DNA of 64,000 nt, from positions 47,934-111,933 of the forward strand of contig DF237235.1 of the NCBI GenBank assembly GCA_000708835.1. Reading direction: 5' to 3'. Shown here piece by piece: positions 49,401 through 61,214 of this stretch. The notes below the pieces were generated by a model, which searched no databases, was not told the DNA's origin, and saw nothing but the letters and a program-made list of their open reading frames with translations. The first letter of the stretch is position 1. Every line of letters begins with the position of its first letter. Source of the stretch: Klebsormidium nitens (taxonomy: Eukaryota > Plantae > Klebsormidiophyceae). A program made the position numbers and the translations under genes.

Positions 49401-52400
49401 CCAATCAAGGTTTCTCCAATCAAACTGGACCAGAGGCAATACATATTGAAGTCACAGATCGCATTCAAATGCGACGACTACATGTCATTTGCAAACCGCA
49501 GTTTTCGTTCGATCAGCACTCTTTACGGACGTTCTCGCAGATACGTCCTGAGTGCGTTTTCGGACGACAACCCGTCCATCCAGTTGGAAGCGTTCGAGCT
49601 GATGGAAGCGATCGGGCGGCAGTACGAACGGGAGAAAGCGGACGAACTGAAAGACACGCAGTACTATCTGCCGGAGGAAGCGGGGGCCGAAGGGCTCCAT
49701 TTGTCGCCGCCGTTCACACGTAAGTCGGCCTTTTTTGAACATCTCAAGTGCGGGGTGGAGTTGAGAAACTTTAAGATTCACAACGGGCAATGGAAGGACG
49801 CACCAATTAACATCCTAGGCACAAACCTACGCGCTCCGCAATTTTACCCAACCTACACCCCCAAATTGAACCAACCCGTTCCGCGACACTGATCGACTTA
49901 CACAAACTTATTGCATCTCAACCTGACATGAATAATAGTGGCTGTTTGGAGCAAGTACTGCTTTCTCATTGGTGTTTCAGCCAAAGGATGGACAGAAAAT
50001 GGGAAAGAGCGCATTTTGGAGGTCCGAGGAAAGGGGCTATTAAGTGCTTGAGAGGCTCTGTTTCACATAGCCTCCCCTCTCTCGCGCAAAGGTTTCCCAG
50101 CAGATTGAGGAGACTGCTCCTTGTACGTGGAAAACCCCTGCTTTCGCTGTTCGTTGAGGCGGTGCCGAAGCTTGCTCTAATGAAACACGCCTACTTACTG
50201 ATTGATGCAGCCAACTGATGTAGATCATTACCATTTCGGATCCGGTTGCAGGGAGGCCTTGTTTGGGCGCGCGCATATGCGTCCGGGGGATACAAAGCAC
50301 GTTGACTCGAGAAAACACGGAATTAGAATCGCTCCAAGTCCGATCAATCACGCCCACTCAATGAAGCAAGTTCTTTCTCGTTTGCAGGGAGGCCATGTTT
50401 GGGCGCCCGCATTTGCGTCCGCGGCTGCTTCAACCGGCTGGTGCTGCCGCTCGTGGCGGAGCTCAGGGCCTGGACCACGGGGACGAAAGATCACGCCATT
50501 GATCTGCTGACGACCATGCTGACGTACGCGGAGGAAGGCGCGACGCAGCACGTGCAGCCGATCCTGCTCGCGTTCCTGCAGCTGACGGACGATTTGTCCA
50601 TAGCTGAAAAGGTGAGCGCTTCTTTCCTTTTCATTGTCTCTCTCGTTGTCTTCACGTAGTCGCTTTGTTTGGTTTGAGTGGTACTGTGAAAAGGTGAACG
50701 CCTTGATCGGTTTCCGTTGATTATGTTACACTACGAAGCTGAGCGCTTTTGCTTCTTCCGCGGATGTTTCGTCCGTTGCCGAAAAGGTCGGGGCTCCGCT
50801 TCTTTCCGTTCGTGAAGGAGACAGCAATAGCTTCGTTTGTGAGATTTGTTAGAAAGGCGAGTGCTTTGCTTACTTAAGACGTCCTGTAATCCTTTGATTA
50901 CGGTTTTCTTCTGTCTGAAGCCCGTAGCCGTTTACGCCTAAGGTCGACATCTGCTAGGCTGCTCCATAGCCGAACTACAGACTTTGTCAGAAGTTAGGGA
51001 AGACTAGCCTCTTGGCACCGAAACTTTGTAGCACAGTGAGGTTAGTCGGTTGACTCGGCTATCTAGATGGACTCGGCAACCTTGCAACGGCAGCCAGAGC
51101 GGCTGTCCGCTGTCCGCTTTGTGCTGGTAAGCCTCTAATAAAGGGCGACCCCGTGAACCTTTTGTTCACATTCGGATTTTGATGGCCTTGGTCACCGTTG
51201 CCAAATTGCACTTGAGAATCCTCGCTTTTCGACGCTGTCTACTAAAGCCGTACCTCGACCCAGAAGGAGTCAGCTTCCAACACCGTACATTCAGACGAGC
51301 CCAAGCTCTCCTACCGAGTTGCCATTCCAATAACGGACGACGAGAGAACCAACGGTCAACCAAGTAGCGGCAAATTGGTCATTGGGCTGCCACAAGCTAC
51401 ACAAAGCAAAGACCAACAGCTGCTCAACAGATAATATGCAATGACGGTACTCCGTGCTTCTCTTTTTGAAGGTTTATTTTATGTCCTTTTTCTTTTACCC
51501 CAGGTCCACGACTGCTGCCAAATTCTCGGCACTTTTGTTCCGCCTTCCGCATATCTTCTGGTCCTTCTCCCGCGCATTCAAGGCGAAGTCGGCGAAGCCG
51601 ACGCGGCCGCGCGCGCGCGCGCGCTCCACTTGCTCGCGCGCCTGCTCGCCGCCGCGCCTTCGGATGGGATCCGTTCCGTTCTCCCGGACGTCACATCTTG
51701 CTTAACGGAACCGGAGCTGCTGAACGCCCGGAGCGGAAGGTTACGAACGGCGGTGGCAAGCGTGACGTCAGCGGTCGTCAGCGCGTGGGAGAGAGACGGC
51801 GGAGGAGAATGGGGGGAGGAACTGATTCCTATGTTGTGGATCCTACTCAATGTGGCGGCTAGAGAAGACCATGATCGGATGTCTGAGGACCAAGTCCAGG
51901 TAACTGCGTCTTTTCATCCCACTTTGCATATGTATGTTCTGTCTTTCTTTACCCTCTTCTGGTGACCCGCAATCTGGTTGTTGACCGTGGTTAGAAGATG
52001 CTCTGACAGGTGATGAAAGATCCTCAGACGTTCCCACAATGGATTTGCGATGGCCTTCGTTGCCTTGTTAATCCCCATCCGCAACTCTTTGTTTGTGACA
52101 TAACGCAAACATTGAGGATGAATGTTGCGGGCCACTCCCGCTAGAGTACGACACGAAGTCTCTACCATGCCCCTCACTTGTTGAAAACTCTCACAGGCCT
52201 GCTAAGTAACGGAACCATAGTGCGTTTCTCAGATTGTCCCAAGTCCTTTGACTCTCAAGTTCTTAGACTCCATTTAGATTCTCCTAAATCAGTAGATTTT
52301 TGGCTTCTCGACACTGACTATATTCTTACTTTTCAGGGACTCTCGAACTTGGAACATCTTGCCCGTGCCGAAGGCTTCCCGACTGCGGCTGGTCTCTTGT

Positions 52401-53436
52401 CTGCGCACCTCGACAGCATCCTCGCCCTGCTCTCCCCTGCTGCCACGTGGCACGAGCAGACGCCAGACCTGGCCGTCTTTTCCCTTGTCAAAGACCACGT
52501 GGCCGCCAGCGGTGACTCTGAAACCGCCAAAAGGTGAGTTTCGCGAACTCAGGTTGCTTTTGTGTGACCGCTTTGAAGGTAATGTAGAACCTCTCGTGCT
52601 GACGCAAGTCGTCTTCAGGATGAGTACTTTCGGAAAGACGGTCACGGTCATCTTTTTGGAAGTCATATCTTATGATACTTTTTCCAAATCCTCGTTGATA
52701 CTGTCTTTTCTGGTCAGCATACGCAGCCCCACTCGTTTTCCTGTCATGTCTTTCAAGGCGGTCGCGTCAGCATCAAACTCCTTTGCCTGCCACTGCTGTA
52801 CTTTCGCGACTACAGCGATTCCATTGGACGTCTTTTCAAATGACGACTTGAGTTCAGGCTCACATCGAAGCGTCGGTTCATGCAGGTTAGCCGCCTTTGA
52901 GGAAGACGCAAAATCGTCTCCGGCGTATGACGCCATACAGAGCAGGTGAGGCTCCGCTTCTCGGAACTTGCTTTCTGCTCTCGTCCTCACCAGCTTTGGA
53001 CACCGAAAGCATTGCTACCTTCTTTTTCCCTCTCACTTCGTCTCACTTCGATTTCGAACACTATTCTACACTACTGGAACGTCTCAACGCGATTGTGGGC
53101 GGTTCAATATCTTCTTCTTCCGATCAGCGAATCTGAAAATTGCTAACGAGGTGACAGGAAGTCAGCTCTGTTGCTTTCTCTTGCAAAGCCCTTAAACGTG
53201 GCACCTCTTGACTGGAAACATTCACTTCGTTGTTCGTGCATCCGGCCTCCATAAGCTGCCCCATGTCGTCGTCTGACCTGTCCCTTAGATTCGTCTTAAC
53301 TAAACTTTGAACGGTTGCAAGAGAACTTTCGCAGATGATCCTGCATCCTACTGTTGGTGAGCTGCTTTGAACGCTCAAAACATAACAGTTGAGAAATCAG
53401 GAACTTGTCCCTTCCTGCAGGCTGCAACAGCGGTGA
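46476..53436 (+). CDS. DNAAF5: Dynein axonemal assembly factor 5 (HEATR2), HEAT-repeat protein
   Basis: Exons 46476-47089, 47606-48227, 48764-48888, 49541-49719, 50388-50611, 51504-51899, 52337-52533, 52886-52945, 53421-53436 (810 aa). Segments LKPLLRRFGDSSSACRELAL, EEVEENRLLLARLL, DPNLIPIKAFYE, LGDWLLNLPERMDHETRLLPY, IGRQYEREKADELKD, RPCLGARICV, AEEGATQH match HEATR2 in order (from memory). Confidence 0.87.
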
Positions 53437-54472
53437 GACGTTGGACATAGGTGGTACTAGTCACAACGGCAGCAAACGTAAGAATGCTGCCGCTGACAGA
53501 AAAGAATCGGTTAGATGTCCAAGTGGGCAACCTCGTGGGGTCGTCGGATGCTTGCAGTCCATATCCCGGCTGGCGGCCGGAGCTCGGCTCGCCGGAACTT
53601 CCGCTACAGACCCCTCGGCTACAGATTTATCGTGTCTGCCGAGGTGGCATGTTGATGAAGGCTTGCGGCGCACTGACAGAAGCCCGATTTGTTCAGCTTA
53701 CAAGCCGTTGCCAGGAAAGCGAGTTCGCTTCATTTGGTAATCATCACTGTAGTAAAAAGTTGCAAGTCAATACTGCCACAATGGTGATCTTGCAGCATTC
53801 GTGACATTTCAAACTCGATCGGCCGGCTATGGCGCTAGCCCCGTTGTTTCCATTGGCCCTGCGATAATGTTCTTTGTGAGTTCAAGAGCGCGGGGCGGCC
53901 GCATGCCGGCTACCCAGACGTCTTGTAGGTAGTATTCTGCATTTCATAAAAGTGCTTGCATTCCTTTGAACGGATGATGCAATGATGGTCGACCATCGCG
54001 TTCAATTCTCTAAGTTGCGATCTAGCTGCCGATCGCGCAGCTAGGTTGAACATCAATGTGCTATACTGATCGAAGGCCGCCTATAGACAAGTGCATAGCT
54101 AGCTCGTAGTCAATTGGACTGCGAGACAGTCCGGTCACTCATGCGGTGCCGGCAGGCGCGGCCAACACATACCAAGGATCCACTTCATCCAATGCCCGCA
54201 TCATTGATCAATCACCCATTCAATTGCAGCTGCAATGATGTCTTGATCGTGCAAGAATTGTCTTGATTCTTATGTTCGGCATATACTAGTGAACCGAGAA
54301 ATTGGTCAAGTTAAAGCGCTGCAACCTGCGCACATGCCCCTGGATCTGGTTGTACAGCAACTTCAAAAGCAACCAGACCTGTAGCCAATGCTTTCACTTG
54401 GCGTTGACCCCCTGCATACTGTACAAATACCTGGCTTCTTCTACCTGAAAGGTTACCTGAGGCATGCAATCC

Positions 54473-56266
54473 TTACTTGACATACTTATTCAAGAACTTC
54501 CTATGGAAATCGTTTCTGATGGTATCGTTGATGAACCGCTTCTGCTGCTTGGGCTCCCCCCTCGTTTGGTTCTTGAATACAACATCATCATCCCACCGCC
54601 GCTTCACCGCAAAACTGACTCCTTGCCCCAGCAACGGGTTCCCCCTCAGCAGATCCTCCTCCTTCATCTTACTATTCACCGCCAACTCCTCACGCTCTTT
54701 CCTCAACCTCTCCGCTTCCCTCTCTTTTTTGATCCGCTCTAGTTCTGCCAACAACTCCGCCGTATCGTCCTCTTCCTCATCACTTTCGTCCTCGCTTTCG
54801 CTCGGCTCATCGTCATCATCGTCCGCGTCTACTGCTTTCGGTACAAGTTTCTCTTCCTTTTCTTTGTTTCCAGGCCCGATCAGAAGCAGGTCTTCTTTCC
54901 GCTTCCGCTCAAGGTCGGCCGGCGACTCCCCCTTAGACTGCCGATGCTTCTGTTCGCGCTCCTCCAATTCCGCCCGCAGGTCCTTCTTGCGAACCTCATC
55001 TAAGAGCAAGGACGTGATGCATCTGATTAGGGACTCCCCCAACAACAGCAATTCGGGGATGTTGAATTCTCGTGTTTTTAGGTTCTAAACCCACCTAAGA
55101 CGTTAGGATGCCTTCCACAATCTAGCGTTTGCTTTGTGTTTGTCACTTACCAGGAACTCGGAATCTTGGAACTTCAGAGGAAAAGGTGAAGCAGAGGAAA
55201 GAAGGAAAACGTTGCAGACTAAAGCGCTAGATACCGGTGCTGCGCATAACACGCTGACTGAGCAACAACTCACGAAAATGAATCCAAACTTGTTGATTAA
55301 CAGGCATCAACTTTTTGAGGCCCCCAGAAGTATGACTGAAGCCCAATCTTTTCAAATACCCTCCTGACCAGAAAAGCATTGTAAGACACGAGCCGGTTGT
55401 CAAATAACTACCCTAGGCAGCCTTGTCCTCGCTCAACCAGGTACATTTGCCAAGTTGAACCAACAATGGATCCATCTTGATAGCGATTTGATTCATCTCA
55501 ACCTGCTGCAACCTGTGCTGTTGCGCAGACCAACACGCGTGTTTCTCGCAAACTTAGCCGTAAATTTGAGCCGATTGACTCTTCCACAGGAGCGATCATA
55601 TATCTCCTATTGTACACAAGCACACGCCCATGCAATGCTGAAGTAGACAAGCTCATTACGGTCCTGCTAAGGTTGCTGAAAAGATGAAAAGCTCACTCTA
55701 CGGGCTTCCAAAAGGTGTGCGTTCCAAACCCTAATCTGAGGGAAATTGCTGCTCTACCAACCCAGCAGGCAATAATACCTTGAGCGACAAATGAAATGAA
55801 GCTTTCCCGAACAAATCAAGCCAAGCCAATAAAGTCAGGCTCTCGAGGACTGGCAAATCGCCACCAGGACCGATTTGAAGCCAGCTAAAGCTACTCAATC
55901 TTCCCAATACCAAACGAACCAGTCATTAACGATGATGGCCCAAGCACACGCCTTCACACACAAGTAACATGGGATGCATCTCAAGATTACCACGTTCACA
56001 ATCATAACCCTGAGAGGAAGCATTTCAAACTGGTTCCGTCCATAAATGATCCGTTTGCACTTCAGCTTAGATGCTTACAAATGATGAGTAAAAGCAGACT
56101 AAGCCAACTCACCTGCTGTGCCTTGGCCTTCTCTCCTAACTTTGTTCGTAAGCTGCCCTGGCAAGTCCCTCGACGAAACCTGCTTGCTTGGGCCAAACGT
56201 CCTTCGGCCCCCCTGCTCTTCAGACCCCTGTGCCGGGGCCCACGTTGGCCGTGCAGCAGTTGTCAT
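54473..56266 (-). CDS. CWC15: Spliceosome-associated protein CWC15/Cwf15
   Basis: Exons 56266-56113 and 54999-54473 (226 aa). MTTAARPTWAPAQG, SSRDLP, DLRAELEERE, DDTAELLAELERIKKER, KRRWDDDVVFKNQ, FINDTIRNDFHRKFLNKYVK. Confidence 0.96.
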
Positions 56267-57072
56267 AGCTCCTCAACTTTTTCTGTGGGGCTCGAAGAGA
56301 GAGGAGATGCCCACTACCCCAGTAGCAGACGCTTCGCTCCTGAGCTCTCTGAGGCGCCTCTTTCTCAACTTCAACAAGTGTTGACAGTTTCTGTGAGAAG
56401 TTGTCTTTCTCTCAAGAAAATTCTAGCTGCCATAAATCCCCGTTTTCTTGTGCCGTATTCATGTGTTCTATGCATCCTCAGCCACTCACGTATGATGAGC
56501 CAAGCCCCTGATCCATCCTCCGTGATCCTTCTACCGGCCAATCTACAAATCTCACAGGCAAGCAGTGGCTGAGCGCCGCTCGGGCACTGAGTTGACGACC
56601 ACCGGGCGGGGGCCGCGGCCGAGACCACCCACCTTGCATGATGACTTATACACTTATAGGAGGTCGGTCGAATATCGCTCTTAGCCTTGGGAATTTGAGA
56701 TTTAAATAGGTCATCGGGGTTGAACAGGTGATTGCTAAAGCGCTGGCAGGTCAGGTGCTGATGCGCTGCATTACAAAATTGTTTTCGAACAACGAGTAGG
56801 ACGAGTAGGGATAGTGAAGCTCCAGATGGAAGGGGGAAAGTTCTGAGACAGGGTTGACTGTGCTATGTTTACCGAGCACTGCAGAGTTGCCAACCAGGCG
56901 CTTCAACTTCGTTTGTCCATCAGGGGCGCAGCATTCTGGAAAGGGGCAGGATTCGACTCTCTGGCTCCAATTGGCGTTTCCTTTTGTAATCATATCTGTG
57001 TGAACAACTACTGCACACCAATCATTCTAGCGGGGCTTTCTCCACTTCAATCTTAGTCCTTGACCAGAAGTG

Positions 57073-60000
57073 ATGAGGGGGCTGCACAGGTCAACGCAAT
57101 CTTGTCTAACAAGACCATCAGTTCATGTCCTGGTTGAAGATGCATTCCTGAGCTCAGCAACAACGTCAGCGAGGTGCCTTTTTGCCCAACTGCAAAACCA
57201 CCGCAACAGTCTCAGCATAAAAGGACTCCTGAAGAAGGAGCAAGTGCAGCGGTGCACCAGAGCTGGAAGCGGTGGCCTTCGCAGGGCAGACTGTGAGTTT
57301 GTCAATGCCCCCACCACCACTTCCATCACACAGAAGACACTTATGCAGCTCACTTGCCCCCAACATGTCCTTCTGTTCCAGACCACGGTTTTGAGTTTAA
57401 CTTGCACAGAGTATGTTGCTCAATGCAGCACTTCTCCCTCCTCCATAAATGATACAGTCTCGTGCCACTACAATCCTGTGCCTGAATGCCTGCCACAACT
57501 GAGCTGCTCGATGCAAGATTTGTCTTCTTCTTGTGTGCAGACATGGCGGCAGGATCGCCTGTTCTAACCAACATCTTGCCCGCCCAAGGTGCGTCACAGT
57601 TTTTTGTCGAGCTATCGCTCCACCCATTCTCTATCAGAAGCTTCCATCACCGCAGACTGTCTGATGCCCTTCCCCTTAGAGCTATACCACCAGCAATGAG
57701 ATTCTCAGCATTGTGACGTTCAAGTCTTAGCCCACCACCCATCATGCCATCCATCATGAGTTGGGCAGTCCTCTGGCCAGAAAGTTTTATCAGGGGGCTT
57801 GATGGGGACTCATAGGGCCTCTCTCCTGGTGGCCGTTCCCCCTGGGGGTGCGGCCTGAGAAAGCTCATATTCGTGCCAACTGTCACACAGAATCCATGCT
57901 GAAACAGAATCCATGCTGAAACCAAGGGACTCTCTTTGTACACTCTCTTTTTTGACTCCTTGTCCCGCTGTCTTTCAGCTGCCCTCTCAATCCCTTCACA
58001 GAGCTTTTCGACAAGCAAAGCTTCCTTGATCGCATCTCTTCTTTCCATCGTTGTGAAACAGAGATCGTGTGCTGTGTGAAAAGGATGTCAATGTCCCTCT
58101 CTTGAAAGTATCTGATGGAAATGCAGATGACCACATTGAAGCAGCGTCGAAAGCACTCAAGGAGGGCCTAGTTGTAGCTGTCCCAACGGATACTCTGTAT
58201 GGGCTGGCGGCTGATGCTGGGTGAGCTGTCCCTTAGGCTCATGGAATCGGATCTAGGATAAGCCATATTGTTTGCGCCTGAGCGCAAGTTGTATCTTAAT
58301 CTTCTCTTCTTGGCAGTATCTGAGCACAGGAACATTTGACGTTAACCAGAAGGCATGCATGTCCAAAATTTAACAAGAGGTGGGGAGCTTCTCACCTCTG
58401 TCATTATTTCCCTCCGTTTTCATTGTCACTGACGTGATGATTGTCGCAGAATACCGTATGGCTGGACAAATTCAAAAGTTCGTAGCTTAAGCGTGAGCTA
58501 GGACACGAAGTCTTTGATCTTTAAGAAAGAAAGGATATAGAGAATCTTCAAAGGGTTCTTGTAGCCTGACTGCCAGAATAGCACCTTCCGGTTTGTTAAC
58601 CTTGCTTATAATCATCACCCACCGCGAGGGGCCTCGTCAACGCTTGACTCGTCCAATTTTCATTCCTTCTCCTACTCTGCCTGCACTACCCAATTCACAC
58701 CGCCAACTACCAGTACAAGCCCATGATTCCTATAGGCTGACTCAAGAATTGCCATGTACTTTGCACCTGCCACTTTAATCTGGATGAGAGTACTCGAGCC
58801 GTTGCCTTTTTTGAACTTGACGCAGCAGATTCCCTCTTTTTGTGCCTTGCGTTCAGTGATATCGAGGGCGAAGTCTCTCGCAGACTAACACCGAGTTTCT
58901 TTCTCCGTCCCCAGGTCCGCATCTGCTATTCGACGCCTATACGAGATCAAGGCGCGGCAGGCCAGCAACCCCATTGCTATCTGTGTAGCAGACATTCCGG
59001 ATGTTCAGCGCTATGCCAGTACGGACCACCTGCCGACGGGGCTGCTGGAAGCCCTCCTTCCAGGCCCAGTTACTCTGGTGCTTAACCGACGTACGTATCC
59101 TGTGTCTCCTATGATTGCTCTTCTCTTAGCCGAAAACCTTTGGCAATAGAGAATGGTGGCAGCTGCACGCTGTCTTAAGGTCGTGTGAAGGGACTCGAAG
59201 GAGACTGAGTTTTCTGGTTATAACTTGATTGTTGTGTCGTCAAGCCGCTGACAACAGCATTCCTATGTTTCAATCGTTTGAGTGTTGACCCTTCTGCTCG
59301 TCTAGTAGAGATCTCTTATACTTGACTTCTGTATATTTTCGCCCTGCTCCCTGACTGAGAACCCTCTCCCACGTTCGCTTTCTTCGGACCCTCCTGAAAC
59401 ACGTTACGTTCTTGTTGATCGATGCATTGGTTTCTTATCGCCCCAAATATACTCTGCTTCGTTCATTCTACCTTGCAACCCTGGAAAGACCCGATCTTCC
59501 AGATAACCTCTTTGTGCTCCAGTGACTGTGTTTTGGCATGTTGGGGTATGCCCAAGCCCTCCGAGCACCCTGCTGCTCACTGTAGTCCTGACTTCACCTT
59601 TGAACCGGCCACATGCGTTTGACGGGAAGGGGCCTACGAACAGAGGACAACTTCTTTGCCTTGTAAAACCCCTCTCAATATACTCACCTTCTTGTCACTT
59701 ACGCATCTTTCGTCTTTGTCGTTCTCTGGCTCGCACCCTTTGCTCGACGACTGAAACAAATCGACCCCGCTCTCTCTCCTGCAGTTTCGGACGGTCCTCT
59801 CTGGGCCGCCAAGCTTTCCTCTTCCTGACCCTTCGCTGCTCTTTCGCTTTTGCAACCTCTCAATCTTCTGTGAATGAAGTTGACGAATCTCGTTATTTCT
59901 TACCCAGTTTCGGGCGGCCCCCTTTCGGACGACCTCAACCCCGGCGTCCCCGGCATCGGTGTCCGAATACCGGACGCCCACTTCATCCGCAGTCTCGCCC

Positions 60001-61214
60001 GGCACTTTGGAGGAGCGCTGGCGCTGACGAGTGCCAACGTCAGCAACGCAACGAGCACGGTCGCGGTGGACGAGTTCCGAGAGCTGTGGCCCGCGTGCGC
60101 GCATGTGTTTGACGGCGGTCGCCTCCAGGTGAGGCTGCCGACTGGGGTTTTCGGCGACCCTTTCTGGCACTGTCAAACGAAGTCCTGGGGAGCTCCGGTC
60201 GACGTGATTGCAAGTGTTGGCTAACGGTCGCCTGCTGCATAGGTTGAGCTAGGTTTCATTAATATCTAGTGGCGGCCGAGTTTTGCCACAGTCGTTGGCA
60301 TTGTGGCTACATTCGGACGTTTTTGATGGTGTTGGTTTGCAAGCTATGTACCAGGCAAGTGTGACGCATGCCTTCGTGGGCCCTCAAGCCAGGCACGTTC
60401 ATCACCATTAGCGGCTGAACGCCGTGCGGAAGGAATGGGAACAGGGAAATACAGGAAAGTTTGGAAACAACTAGAGGGGCAAGAGAAGAAAGGAAGCAGT
60501 ACGTCACTGGGGCAGTAGTTCGGCAGAGATTCCCTCGTTGTTTCAAGAATTCCCAGCGGCGCAATCTGGGTTCTCGCGCCTCCCATGTTCTCGGAACGGC
60601 TCCGTCAAGGGCAAAGACCTCAATTAGTCCCGTGGTGGATCAAGTTGACGACGTCATAGTGTGCAGGGGCTTCTCATTTCGTGTCGCCACGTTGCGTAGA
60701 TTCGTTTGCGAAGAAGACGGACAGACATGCCCTTCGAAGCGACAGGGGCGATTACCTGGCTGCGAAGCTGATTTGATGATTTCGAGACTGTCAGGGGGGG
60801 ACGGCATTGCGTATTTCCTTGCTTACTCAGCGCTTTGATCAACTCGTCGGTGAGTAACAGACGTAAATTGCCGTAGAATCTACTTAGACACCTTGCTTCG
60901 CACTAATCAAACAGTACGTCTCCTTGTGACAGGGCAGTAGAGAGGGCTCCACGGTAGTCGATCTCACGAAGCCGGGTGGTTACCGGATACTTCGGCCTGG
61001 CAGGTATGTAACGCGTTCTTCAGACAGGATGTCCAACGTGACAAGACCTTGATGCGAGTCGCTGTATTCTTCTTCAATCCACGGTCTTCTTGCCCGTTCG
61101 TGTCCTGCCAGTTTGTTTGTTGTGAACTGACAAGTTGTATTTCTCTTTTTCAGTGCTTTCAAGTCCACAACGGCAGTTCTGCAAGAGAAGCACGGCCTTC
61201 ACGACTCAGCATGA
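57073..61214 (+). CDS. YRDC: Threonylcarbamoyl-AMP synthase YRDC/Sua5 (tRNA t6A), with a putative organellar presequence
   Basis: Exons 57073-57292, 57541-57588, 58064-58220, 58915-59090, 59908-60128, 60933-61003, 61154-61214 (317 aa). Motifs VAVPTDTLYGLAAD, LYEIKAR, LLPGPVTLVL, IGVRIP, LALTSANVS, GSTVVDL, ILRPG. The first two exons are less certain. Confidence 0.9.

Noticed and set aside
51180-51520. TGCCAAATT / GGCAAATT fragments ~145 and ~315 bp upstream of the DNAAF5 exon 6 start, possible very old echoes
   Set aside because: Matches are only 8-10 nt, too short to support.
15650-53436. IFT54 and DNAAF5 in one window as a flagellar gene cluster
   Set aside because: They are separated by unrelated housekeeping genes, and two genes in 64 kb is compatible with chance.
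54464-55088. + strand ORFs of 92 and 203 aa
   Set aside because: They are antisense to CWC15 exon 2 and low-complexity.
56360-56640. Possible 5'UTR intron and spliced uORF (MQETVNTC*) upstream of CWC15
   Set aside because: The TSS is unknown and the support is only generic splice motifs.
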